Shown: positions 25,190 to 37,254 of the stretch, one piece after another | Position numbering within the stretch: the stretch's first letter is position 1 | Layout: the number at the start of each line of letters is the position of its first letter | Source of the DNA: Felis catus | Lineage: Eukaryota | Direction of reading: 5' to 3' | DNA: 64,000 bases | Assembly: GCF_018350175.1 (NCBI RefSeq) | Contig: NC_058368.1 | Coordinates: forward strand, 126,048,001 to 126,112,000 | Notes under the pieces: generated by a model | Told to the model about the DNA's origin: nothing | What the model saw: the letters and a program-made list of their open reading frames with translations, nothing else | Database searches by the model: none | Position numbers and translations under genes: made by a program

Positions 25190-25560
25190 AGCAGAGCCCA
25201 GTGGATGAGAGTCAGCTTATCTTACCTAAACCCAGTGCCTGCCATGTGATAACTGGGTAACCTTGAACAAGATATCTAACTTCTTTAGTTCAGTGTCTTC
25301 ATCTACCAAGAGTTTTTCCTAAGATCTGACCAGTGCTTACCACCTCTACTGCAGCCTCCCTGTTTCAAGCCACCAGCCCCTTTGCCCTGGATTATTACAA
25401 CAGCTTCCACATTGTCACCATTACCCAGTGTGATTCTAGTAAAATGTAAGTCAGTTCATGTTGTTTCTCCTCTAACTCCAACCTCTTAGGATTATAGTGA
25501 GAGAGATGAGAAAGTCCCTGTGAGGGACTTGGCACAGTGCCAAACATGGAGTAAGCATTC
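25190..25560 (+). mobile_element. MIR interrupted by an L2-derived segment
   Basis: ACCTTGAACAAGATATCTAACTTCT...TCAGTGTCTTCATCT at left; ACTTGGCACAGTGCCAAACATGGAGTAAGCATTC at right. Confidence 0.6.
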
Positions 25561-26160
25561 ATTCAATGGACAGATGTTTACTTAGGACCTACTGGGTGCC
25601 CACTGCTGGGGAGACAATAATGAACAACACTGAGAAATTTGCTTGACCCGGTGGAGGTTCCCTGAAAATACAAAACATGTTAGATTGTGGTAAGTACTAG
25701 AAGAAGAATTTAAGGCATGGAAGGTGGATGGGAAGTGGGAGTCTACAGGGTTCTATGGTTTGACTGGAGAAGGTGACATTTGAGTAAAACCCTAATGAGT
25801 GACAGTAAGCCATGTAAATTTGTAGGGAGAGGGTACCCCAGGTGGAGAGCGCAGCAAAAGCCACATTCCACCTCAGGCCACATGCCTGGCATCACTGAGG
25901 AAGGAGCATCTGAGGAGCAGTGGGTCAGAGATACAGTGGAGTCAGGGGCACCTCACCTAGAGCCCGTGGGACATAGCAAGAGCTTTGGCTTTTATTTTGT
26001 GAGCTTAGGAATCACTGGAAATTACCACGAACGGATTGTGTTTTATTAGGAGAGTTCTAGCTGCTAATGACAAGTTGGGATACAATTGTAATAATCCATG
26101 ATGTATGGCCTGGTGGCTTGGTGGCTACAGGAGAGGTGTTGATAAGTGATAGGGATGCTC
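25560..26160 (-). mobile_element. L2 3' fragment
   Basis: CATTCAAT...TTTACTTAGGACCTACT; GAGAAGGTGACATTTGAG; TTTGGCTTTTATTTTGTG. Confidence 0.65.
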
Positions 26161-26399
26161 AGTAAATATACAACATTCTCTGACATTGTGTCTTAAGGCT
26201 GAATTCATCACTCAGTTTAGACAAACTAGCAGTTGGTTCCCTGTTTGTGACCAGTTCATGCTACACACTCAAGCCTATTTGTATGGCAGTCTGACTTATA
26301 ATCTTCTGACTTAGAATAATTTTATGGTTATTACATTTTTTCAGCACGTTGCCACTATTTACCTACAGTGCTGTAAAACATTAAATAAGTACTATGAAA

Positions 26400-26740
26400 A
26401 CTATATGGTGGTTGCCAAAGGCAGGGGATGAAGGTAAGAGAAATGGGTGAAAGGGGTCAAAAGGTACAAACTTCTAGTTAGAAGATAAATAAATTCAGGA
26501 AATGTACAGCATGGGAACTATATTTAACAATACTGTATCACATATTTAAATGTTGCTAAGAGAGAAGGTCTTAAAAATTCTCGTCACAAGAAAAAAAATT
26601 ATAACTCCATGTGGTAATGGATGTTAACTAAACTTAGTGTGGTAATCATTCTTCAGTGTACATATACGTTAGGTCATTATGTTGTAGACCTTAAACTAAC
26701 ACAATGTTATAGGCCGATTATTTTTCAAATAAAACTGGGC
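26400..26740 (+). mobile_element. L1MA-type 3' end followed by an A-rich tail to about 26875
   Basis: GGGTGAAAGGGGTCAAAAGGTACAAACTTCTAGTTA...GTTGCTAAGAGAG...AATAAAACTGGG. Confidence 0.85.
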
Positions 26741-27448
26741 AGGAAAATGAACAGGTGAAGTTAAAAAAAAAAGCAAATACATCTTCTAAAATTGAAAAAA
26801 TATAATTGTAAAAAAAATCAATAAAATATTATAAAACAAAAACAAATGAATAAATTTTTTTAAATTAAAAAAAGACCATAAATATCTGATTCAATGCCAT
26901 AAAGCAAAATCACTCTTCTAATGAAGGGTTGTGTTTCTTACAATGCCTCAAGCCTAAAAACCACAAAATAGTAAAGTGACAGCTGAGACTTTTACTGAAG
27001 CCAGTCCATTAAGTAACATAAAATGTATTGTGGTTAGTCCTTTAATAAGATGCATTGTGTGTATGCCATTGTCCTTTCAATATGGCTCACTATACACATC
27101 ATTGTAAGTTTGTAAAGTTATCATTGAAGGCATTTTTTTGTTTCTCAAAGCTTTCCCTTCAATACATTACATTACCTCATAAGAGATAATAAGGAGGCTC
27201 TTCTGTATTCTTTAATGAGAAGAGTTAAAGACTGATTTGTCAAGTGTGACAGCCTTGAAACTTCAACTGAAAGCTCTCTTATTTCCTCAACCTCAAATAA
27301 GTTTTCCTGGAGTCTGAGAACTAATCTCATTCTGTACACACACCTGCCTTTAAAACCATACAAAAGTAAACATGCATCAAACTCACCATTCAAACTTTCT
27401 AAGTTAAGGTTTTTGTTTGTGTCAGCAATAAGGAGCAAGTAAGGAATA

Positions 27449-27633
27449 GGGGCGTCTGGGTGGCTCCATCAGTTAAACGTCATGATCTCACAGTTCAGAT
27501 CTCACCCTACATCAGGCTCTGCACTGACAATGGAAAGTCTGTTTGGGATTCTTTCTCTCAGTCTCTCTCTGCCTCTCCCCTGCTTGCTCTCTCTGTCATT
27601 CAAAAATAAATAAACTTAAAAAAATTTTTTTTA
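27449..27633 (+). mobile_element. Can-SINE with internal deletions
   Basis: TSD AAGGAG[C/A]AAGTAAGGA[A/G]TA at 27430-27448 and 27634-27652. Confidence 0.9.
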
Positions 27634-29375
27634 AAGGAGAAAGTAAGGAGTAAGGCCTTTTGTCCTAATGATCATACTATTAATAATAATGGAAGTTAAT
27701 AGTGGTATAGAACTTATCTCATGCCAGGCACTGTTCTCCCAAAATTCAGCCACTCAAGGTGACTCAGTGAGTAAGTGGTAGAATTGAGAGTCAAACCAGG
27801 TAGCCTGACTTCACAACCTGTGCCATCAACTGCCATATTCCACAGACTATTGGCATATTGATATAAATCAAAGTGCCAATATCAGGACATTCTTTTCAAA
27901 TATTTGCCCATGTTACTCTTCACAGATTTTCTTCTTACCATCCCTAAACTTTCACTCACCTTTACCATCTGCAGTTCAAATTAGAAATGACTTGTGCTTT
28001 CCAAAAGCTCAAGACTTTATGGCTGCTTAGAAAGTTTTGCAAAGAATATTAAATGAAGGTTTATAAAACGGGTGTTGGAGGCAGAATCTCTTGGTCCAAG
28101 AAATGAGGGTAGCACTATTACCCCTAAATTAAGCAGTGATTTCTTCTCTTTAGGATTGTGGGAAAAATCAGGAAGTTGAGGTGAGGGCTGCTTGGGCTCC
28201 CTCTTAGCACCACAGGGGACAGAGGAGATCCCTAATATGAAATGGCTGTCCTATGTGCCCACATTGATGGAAGAGTAGGAATGAGGTCAAGAAAATCCAT
28301 GAAAAGACTTTTTTTGTCTAAAAACCTTGCCAATCCGGGAGGATTCTGGCCAATAGAAATGAAGTTGAATGAACAAAAAAGGAAGTTATAGTTCTTGTAA
28401 ATTGCATTTGTGGACCAAAATTAATGCACATGAACCTACAATGTAAATTAGCTGTCTATCCTAAACTCGGAAAATTACTTCACAACTAATGGTAATTAAG
28501 CAATGTAACATGATCCTTTCCTACAGCCTGTATAGCATTTCATTGACCTTCTTAGAAACTTTGAATCTACCACCAACATAATACAGAAGATTAGAGATCA
28601 CCTGAGGTGTTTTCCAAGTAAATTTTACAGTTGAAATAGACCACAAATAGAAACAACCAAAAAAAGTGAAAGCTTTTGTCTTTGTTGTTAAACAATGGTT
28701 TTACTCCTGTGTCATAGAAAGCTGCTGGGTTAAATTTCTTTGGGGCATATACTTTGTTCTGAATTTGGCAGAGAAAAAAAAGATGAAGTGCGAAAAAACA
28801 GACAAAAATTCATATTTTGAAATCATAAATTGACAGGTCTTAGTCACCCAAGTCCTCTTAATAGGAAAGAAATGAGTGGAAAAGGGATTCTTATTTTTTA
28901 TAAGAAGGTTCCAGAAATATTGCGATGATTAAACAGTTTGAAAGTAAACATTCAGTGTTACTGAGACTGGCAAGATTTTCTATCAGCAGTTATCAAATCT
29001 GATGCATTTCCCTTGAGGTTAAAAGTCATCATCTGAAATTTAGCTTCCCAACTATGATGTACTCATATCAGTGTGATCTGGTGTGCTGGAAGGGGTTAGG
29101 AGACCTGATTCACAAGATATTTCATTAAGTTAATTCTATGATGCTCTTTGTTGCTTACCTTTTCAAATGTAAGATCAGAGTAAATAGGCAGTCTCTTACT
29201 GATTCAGATAGAATTCAAGTGGAATGATTTTGTGTTCGGTTCACTAAAATGAACACCTACCACAGTAATAACAAAGCATGGATATGTAAGAAGTATTTAA
29301 CAGAGTGCTGGAGAAGAGGGAATTTATGGTGCATCGCTTGATTCTAGCACCTGAACACAACCGACTTTTTGACTG

Positions 29376-29630
29376 GCAGAACAGCATAGTGGTTAAGTGC
29401 ACTAACTCTAGCACCAGATACTGGGGTTGCTGTCTCAGCTGTACCACTTACTAACTGCATGAATCCAAGCAAGTTACTCAACACTCTATGCCTCACTATC
29501 CCCAACAGACCATCTGGATGAATTAATAGTACTTATCTCATAGGGTTGCCTCAGAATGAAATGAATTACATGGTAAGTGTTTAGAATAGGAACTAATACA
29601 TAACAAATGGAATGCAAGTATTAACTATGA
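29376..29630 (+). mobile_element. MIR, near full length
   Basis: AGCATAGTGGTTAAGTGCAC...CAGCTGTACCACTTACTAACTG...CAAGTTACTCAAC...TACTTATCTCATAGGGTTG. Confidence 0.8.
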
Positions 29631-31467
29631 TTACTGGCCATGAGAAAAATGAACAATGTGGTCTAGACTCTCCTTTTTTGAAAACCATATCATAAATAAT
29701 CACCTTTGTAAATATTTGAAATATATACATATATGGCTAATTGAGTTCTTACTGTGTACTATACCTTGTTATAAGCAATACATATATTTACAGTTCTTTA
29801 ATATAGGTAGAAGATTTCTAGTGAAATACTTTAGTAGAACTTAAATGGAAATAAAAGCTATTTCTCCATTAAAATTTTTTACTTAAAATTATTTATTTTA
29901 GCACTTACAGAGATAGCGCCTGGGAGATGTAGAAAGTTCCCACTAATCAGTGTAGAGTAACAAGTATCATTAATGAAGCACAGAGATGATAAACTGAATT
30001 AACTATGCCATATACAAATTGAAATTCTTAATGTTCAAGACCAAAGCTAGCACGGTTGGTCTCCGTAACTGCTAGGAAGCTATTTTAACTTCAGGTTAAC
30101 TAAAGGCCAGACTGGATCCAAGCTAATTTAGGGTCAAATCAAGCTAATTTAAACGCATATACGTCAAATCCCAAAGGCATGTCTGTTGCCCCTTTCTCCC
30201 TTGCATACAAGAATATCTCAATCTGTTCTTGTATCACCATAATTAGCAACTTATGTCACTCTGACTCTGAGATAAATACTAATTAAAGAACATTTTTATG
30301 CCAGTAAACACTTGCCTCTCAAACTAGCACTTTGAAATGTGTTATCACCTGGTTCTATAAAAAGCATACTGGGTAGTGGAGCTCCTGAGATTTGCTGGGG
30401 TAAATATTTGCCACTACCCTAGTAGATGCTTCTTTTGCATACAAACCCCTTTGTAAATAGAGCTCACGTTGTCAATATAAAACACAGGGAAATGAGTTTC
30501 TGTGGAGAAAACAGAACTATTTGCTTATTCCCTCTGATCCAGCAATTCTGTGCTCCCCACTCTCTGGCACGCAGTGACAGCTGGCCATTTCAGGGTGGAC
30601 AAAAACATTTCCCCGTGGCATGTTGTCTTCACTGGTCTATGTTGAACAGAGGCCAAGTTCATTTATAGCTATTTCAAGGGCAGACTTAAGATTATTTCAA
30701 GGGCTCTAACAATATTTGCTTTTCTAAGTAGGCACGGCATGATACCCAATCTTGGTTGGCACGAAAACTTAAGCTTACAATATCCCTACAAGCTGGGCAA
30801 ACTTTCTTACTTAGAAAACACACATTCTTGCCATCCAGAAGCCTTACCAAAACAACTCAAAAACAATGCACATTTTCTCCACTTCCTGCAGTATAAACTT
30901 CCTCAGCGTGCTCTCAGGTTTCTTGATAGCAGAAGGAGGTTAAGTAAATGTTGAAAACAAACCATTAGACTTGCTGGGCTGGATTTTTTGCATCGCCTCC
31001 AAATTCCAGCACGGCCACTTCTTTCTGATGTGACCTTTTTAATCCGAGGATATTCAAGCAGGTGGTAAACATTAACTAACTTAAATATCATTCCAGGTGG
31101 TAGATGTTTGAGCTCACAAGTGGCAAAGCGTGTGGACAGGCCTTCCCTCTGGAAACCGTGGGTGATACCAGCCATATCCCATTCAGATGGGACAGATGCT
31201 TTCCCCTTTTCACAGAGTACCATCTCTGCTGTAATGCTCTAGCTCAAGTGCCCGGGTTAGGCCTGCTTCTTTGTCCATGCTCAGTGCACCTTTGTTGAAG
31301 GAACAGAACTCTGCATGTTGTTTAAAGGATCTATTCTCTTGTTACTTAAGTAATGTCATTGAAAGTCTAAATCAGGAACAGAAGCATTCAAATTAGGAAA
31401 AAAATCTAATTTTTAAATTCTTCTGAACATGTAGTACCTACATTCTTGGGATAAGAATTCAAATCTT

Positions 31468-31689
31468 GGGGTGCCTGGGTGGCTCATTCAGTTAGGCATC
31501 TTGATTTGGATCCAGACTCTTGATTTAAGCTCGGGTCATGATCTTGCAGTCTCCTTAGATCGAGCCCCACATCTGGCTCTGTACTGTCCGCATGGACCCT
31601 GCTTGGGATTCTCTCTCCCTCTCTCACTGCCCCTCGATTGCTCACACTGTCTCTGTCTCTTTCAAAATAAATACAAATAGAGTTAAAAA
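31468..31689 (+). mobile_element. Can-SINE
   Basis: Perfect 15-bp TSD AAGAATTCAAATCTT at 31453-31467 and 31690-31704. Confidence 0.93.
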
Positions 31690-31747
31690 AAGAATTCAAA
31701 TCTTATTTCTATAAAATCATTTGAACAAGTCTCTCCACCCCCATGGG

Positions 31748-32300
31748 CTTTATTGAAGTATAATTGACAAATTGATGTTCAAAGTGTATACTGTGATAAG
31801 TTAATATACATATATATTGTAAAAGGATTCCCCCCATAGATCTATCACCTCATACATTTCCCTTTTTTTTTGGTGAGAACATCTAAATTCTACTCTTTTA
31901 GCAAATTTCAGTGATACAGTACAATGTTCTCAGCTACAGTTTCCATGTTTTCCATTAGATCCTCAGAATCTCTTTATCTTAAAACTGAAAGTTTGTACTC
32001 TTTTACCAACCTCTCCTCATCCTCCCCTTCCCTAGCCCCTGACAACTACTTCCATTTTGTACTCTGTTTCTGTGAGTTGACTTTGTTTTTGGAGGGGAGG
32101 GACCTGCCTAATTTCACTTATTTAGCCCTCTGATTGAATATTGTTGGAAACAACAAGAATTCCTTAATTTTTAAGGTTCAATAATATTCCATTGCATATA
32201 TGCTATACCTTTATCCATTCAGCCACTCATGGGCACTCAGGTTGTTTCCATATCTTGACTATTGTGAATACTACAATGAACACGGGAGAACAGGTATCTC
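31748..32300 (-). mobile_element. L1MA-type 3' fragment
   Basis: CTTTATTGAAGTATAATTGACAAA...AACTGAAAGTTTGTACTCTTTTACC...GGTTGTTTCCATATCTTGACTATTGTGAATA. Confidence 0.85.
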
Positions 32301-32690
32301 AGTTGAACAATTTCTAACCAGTTTCTTCTTCATTCCCTTGTTACAATTTACTTAACCCTTTCTTGGAAATAATAGACACTGGCTATAAAACTGAGAGTTC
32401 AAAATGTGTCCTTTAAAATAGTGTGAAACATTTTTTTTTTAATTCTTCAACCTTATAAGTTATCATGAAATAAGTTAATTAAGTAAAAGAACCAAACTGG
32501 TCACTCCAATCTTAAAATTGTTCCTTTCATTAGTGTGGCATTGTTTGAACCCATTGGAATTCAGAGCTGACAATAATTTCTTGCTGCTCTATTTACAGTT
32601 CTATGTTAAAGGTAATAAGAAAGAATGTGTGGGATTTTGTGGGAAAGAAGTATTTCCTACCTCAGTTTTTAGGAAGATTTTTTCTTAAAT

Positions 32691-32910
32691 AAGGAGTTGA
32701 CAAACATTTTATGTAAAGCACCGCATAGTAAGCATTCAAGGTTTTGTGAGTCATATAGTCTGTGCCATGCTGTGCAACTGCCATTGTAGAACAAAAGTAG
32801 CCATAGACAATACTGAACAAATGAGCATGGTTGTGTTCCAAAAAGACTTTATTTACAAAAAGAATCCATGGGTCAGATTTGGTCTCCTCGGCTGTAGTTT
32901 GCCAACTCTT
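32691..32910. mobile_element. MER58A hAT-Charlie MITE
   Basis: Terminal inverted repeats AAGGAGTTGACAAAC / GTTTGCCAACTCTT; internal AGCCATAGACAATAC...GTGTTCCAAAAAGACTTTATTTACAAAAA. Confidence 0.85.
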
Positions 32911-33121
32911 TTTTATATCGTATATTTTGGGCTTTGTGATGCTAAAAGAATATCATTATGAAAACTAAAAGTTACATCTTTAGTCTTATGATATGAGGAT
33001 ACTCCAGAACTTTGAGAAATGATTAGCCATGTGAGTCTAGGTATGTTACCTTATTGCTTTGTAAATAATGTGCATCATAATTTCTCCTTTCTGGAACTAT
33101 ATCTTAAAAAGTCTGTAAACT

Positions 33122-33318
33122 GGGGCACCTGGGTAACTCATTCAGTTACACGACCAACTCTTAATTTCAGCTCAGGTCATGATCTCACAGTTTGTGAGAT
33201 CAAGCCCCATGTTGGGTTCTGTGCTGACAGCATGGAACTTGCAAGGGATTCTTTGTCTCCCTTTCTCTCTGCCCTTCCGCGGCTCTCACCCTCTTTCTCT
33301 CTCTCAAATAAATAAATC
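33122..33318 (+). mobile_element. Can-SINE
   Basis: GGGGCACCTGGGTAACTCA head, (CT)-rich tract and AATAAATAAA tail. Confidence 0.92.
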
Positions 33319-35099
33319 TTTTTGTTTGTTATAATCTATAAACGACATGAATTTACCCTTAAAAAATTATACAGAAAGTAGGCACATAGTAAAAATGATT
33401 TCAGTCTTCCCAAATCTTTATTCACATGCAAAAAGCTGCAGTGATTTCGTGATTGGTATTCACTCTAGTTCCTGATGACAATTGTCAAGGGTCCTGGATC
33501 CCAATCCCTGCTAGCCCTGCTCCTTCTTCCCCACCAACTTCACGATCAAGGGCTTTGGCTCCTTAATGGAGCTAAAAGGGAAGAATGAAAGGAAGGACCT
33601 TGGGCCAAGTTCCGATCTCCCACCATGTGCAGCTGCCAAGATGACTTCTGAACAGGTGCATCAAGAGGAAAAGCCACCTGTGAGTACTGCTCACTCCTGG
33701 TCCCTGAAGTTGAAGCCACCTGTTGAAAATATTATGTAATTGGTTTCTTCTTTGCTCTTCAAACATTTGCCTTATTTCAAGGATATGGCGGTTTCCATAC
33801 TTGAGAAGACTCAACATGGTTTTGAGATTTTTTTGTTGTTGGCAACATCAAAACACCTATGTGATTTTGCCAAAAACAAACAAAAAAAGCTCACATCATC
33901 TCTCTAATAAATACTACTCACAACTACAGTTTCTAATAATTGCCCTTCTGGCCTATCTTTCAACTAAAATTTAATATTGCTAAAATTTCCACATATAACT
34001 TTTTTTTTCTATGAGGCATTGGGTATTTCCCCAATGACCAGTTACTTAAACATAGAGTAAATAATATTGTTTCAGACCTAAACTAGCAAAATACACATGT
34101 TTTGTGTGATTGACCATGTATGAGGATTGACCATCTGTTGAGTATTAACCAAAAACTTGTCTGTAACCCTATGTCTCCCTATCCAGGACTCTTGTTACAA
34201 TGCTTTGGGGGATATCTCAAGAAACCATACTAAGATAAGATAGACTTTTAGTTAGCAGCAACTAGTTGCACTGTACCAAATTTGGGAGAAGGCTGTGTAA
34301 ACAGCTACCCAGTTTACTAAGTGTTTACCAGTCTGTAAATATTTCTTTATTTGTTAACAGTAGGTTAGGTGACCTTTCTCCTCACCACATTCTAACACCG
34401 ATGGTTACAGGGATAAGTGGAGAGCCTGCCTGTGCCCTCTGAGAGTAGAGTTGTGCATCACTAGGAGATGGCTGCTCCTAAACACCCATTCAAGGTGGCA
34501 TTTGCTTTCTAGGCTGCACTGAGGGCCAGGGGATGGCTCTCCAGCTTATAGGCTCCTCTATTGGCACACTGTGTGCATGGTGTGTTTTCCCAATAATCAC
34601 ACTCACAGAGATTGTTTATTAAAGCTCAATGAAAGGGCTAAAATGACTGGAGGGGCAAGTCAGTATATTCTTTCTTGGAAAACAAGCTACATGTAGAGCC
34701 ACATTTTCATAAGGCTGGGTGAGTTAGGACCAGAACAAAGGAAATGCATTACAGAATAAGTGTTTAGTAGTATCAGGGTATCATAATATTACATTTCATA
34801 AATGGCCACCTCTATTGGAAGGGTAGAAATGACCATCAGTCACCTAAATAGTGTTTGAATGGGTATGGCTGATTTTTTTTTTTTTTTTACCTATGGGTTA
34901 GTGGTTACCATAGTTGAATGAGCAACAGAATGCCCTACTGAACTTTGAAGAAGGAAAAATGACTTAATCTGTCATGGCCTCTCCACCCTAAGATCAATTT
35001 AATTATAATGGGGGTGACTCAGAAATTTTGTTTAGGGGATTCTGACACAGTCTTATTCTTTGGTAACTTTTATTCTTTCAAATCAGAGAGATTTGAATA

Positions 35100-35280
35100 A
35101 ATATTCTGGCTTTGCCCCTTAGAAAAATTAACTGGATGGAGTGCACAGATTGTCAGGGTTTCTTTTTCTTCATCTGCAAAATGGTTAGGATAATGCCTAC
35201 CTATCAAGGATGTGAGGAGAATTCAATGAGATAATATTTGTAAACCCAGTGCCAAGTAAGCTTGCAATAAACTAGATAGC
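35100..35280 (+). mobile_element. MIR fragment
   Basis: TTTCTTCATCTGCAAAATGGTTAGGATAATGCCTACCT. Confidence 0.6.
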
Positions 35281-36984
35281 CGTTCACTGTGTGTCCCCAA
35301 ATAGGGTTTGATACAATTGCTTAGGTAATTGCTTTTTGAACTACATTCCTTTTGTAATCTTGGAACCCACAGAAATTTCCTCATCATTCTCATTAGAGTA
35401 TTAGATGTAGAGACACATGATTGCAGACAAGTTCTTGGTTGATTCTCATTGATGGCTGACCACACAGAATGGGTGGGTTTTACTAATGCTCCTATCTGTG
35501 GGTTGGGAATATTTCAATAGAAAGCAAGTCTCATTAGAGTTGTGTTTTGAGAAAATTTTAATGAGAAACTTATGGTTGAAAGACAGAATAGTGATTGTTA
35601 GAAACTTGAGTTTCACACAATGGGTAAGGGTGTCTAAGTTCATTTTATGTTGCTCTTTAGACAAATAGGACATTAGAAGTTAGTGAGAGAAAACAGGATA
35701 AGTGGAGTGGGAAAGAAAGATGTCGGACACTGCCCTTCTTTTGTCAAATAACTCCCACTAAATAGTCTAAACATGTAAAAACAATTCCCATAAGTGCCTC
35801 ATTTAGCAAAGGAGAATCGCTTGGATCCTGAGAACATCCAGTTCTCTGCATGACAGGATGGGTATATTCCATGCTTCCTTGGGTTCCACAAGCCTAGAGG
35901 TTGTAAATGTTCTGACACAGAAATAAACCTTGCCCCATGGACATTCCCGTCCACTCCCATGTGACCTCCACCTGCCTCAGAGTGTGATCTCAGTGTTTCT
36001 GGGAACCCCATGGCCAATGGCAGGGCCTGCTAGGGGCCATATAGCCCAGACCATCTCATCATTCCCCTCTTGCTTTGGGCCCCTTAGGTGCCATCCTACT
36101 GTGCACTGGATATCCTGTTCCCTGCCTCTGGCTATCTGGGTCACAAACTTTGGCTGCTACTGATACTGTGAAGTGATCTTGGTTGCAAGCCAGGCGAGAA
36201 TGTGGATGTTCTCAAGGGGCTAAATCCAGCCTGGGTTCCATGCAGAAACAAAGAGGTCACTTATTTAGATTTGGCATTAAACTTTGGAACATGGTATGCA
36301 ACATTGGTATAAATGCCTCAAGCGTCTTCCAGAGGATTTAGTAAAAATAGCCTTTTTAGTTGTTACATCCCTGTCCTTCCTTTCTCCACTTTCTCAGGAC
36401 CCAGACTTAACTCCACAGAGAGTTGCAGAGACAAATACTGTGTCATTCTCAGAAGCTACCATGCACACCTGCACACACACATTCTACTCTGGTCTTTGTC
36501 ATCAGGCACAAGTTACTGTCCTGGATCCATTTTACCTTAAAATCACTTCACTTCTGGAGGGCACTTTGTCGCTAGGTAAATAGTTTCTGCTCACCACTCT
36601 CACAAGTTTGTTCATTGAAGACCTGAATCCCAGCAACCAGCAGCATAAACTCAAAATTGGGACCTATTAAATAAGGAAGATAGAAATAGGAGAATTTGAA
36701 AATACTAAGAAAGCTGATAAGAAACACTACTTCTTTTTTCCATTTTAAAAATCAGCCAGACAATTTACACATCAAGGACTATTCTATTCATGTTTTTCTT
36801 TTCAGTTTCGTGCATGTGCACATACATGTGTGAACTGATGATTTCAAATTGACCCTGCTAACAGCTTGTGTTGTCCTCTCCAAATGTGCCTGGAAAGAAC
36901 ATATATGACCTGCTATCTGTTCACAAGAGATATGCAAATCATCCTCTGGTTTACCAGACCTGGGAACTAGAAGAAAATAAACCT

Positions 36985-37211
36985 GTTAGGATGAGCACTG
37001 GGTGTTGTATGGAAACCAATCTGACAATAAAGTTCATATAAAAAAATAATCCAATACTATAAATATTCCTGCAGAGTGGATCTTTGCACATTATCTTTGG
37101 GCACATTTCTTATTTTCTTAAGATACGTTCTGTAAGTAGAATTTATGCATTAAAGGACATATATATCAACAAGGCATTTTATAAATGTTTCAAATAAACA
37201 ACTCCACATTC

Positions 37212-37253
<42 letters not shown>
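36985..37253 (+). mobile_element. 5'-truncated L1 3' end (about 60 bp) plus 3'-transduced sequence plus (TAAA)n tail
   Basis: GATGAGCACTGGGTGTTGTATGGAAACCAAT matches the L1 3' ends elsewhere in the window. TSD AAAATAAACCT at 36974-36984 and 37254-37264. Confidence 0.85.

Positions 37254-37254
<1 letters not shown>

Noticed and set aside
33566..33739. 57-codon ORF MELKGKNERKD... with a donor-like CCT/GTGAGT
   Set aside because: No recognisable homology and no supporting partner exons. The length is within chance expectation.
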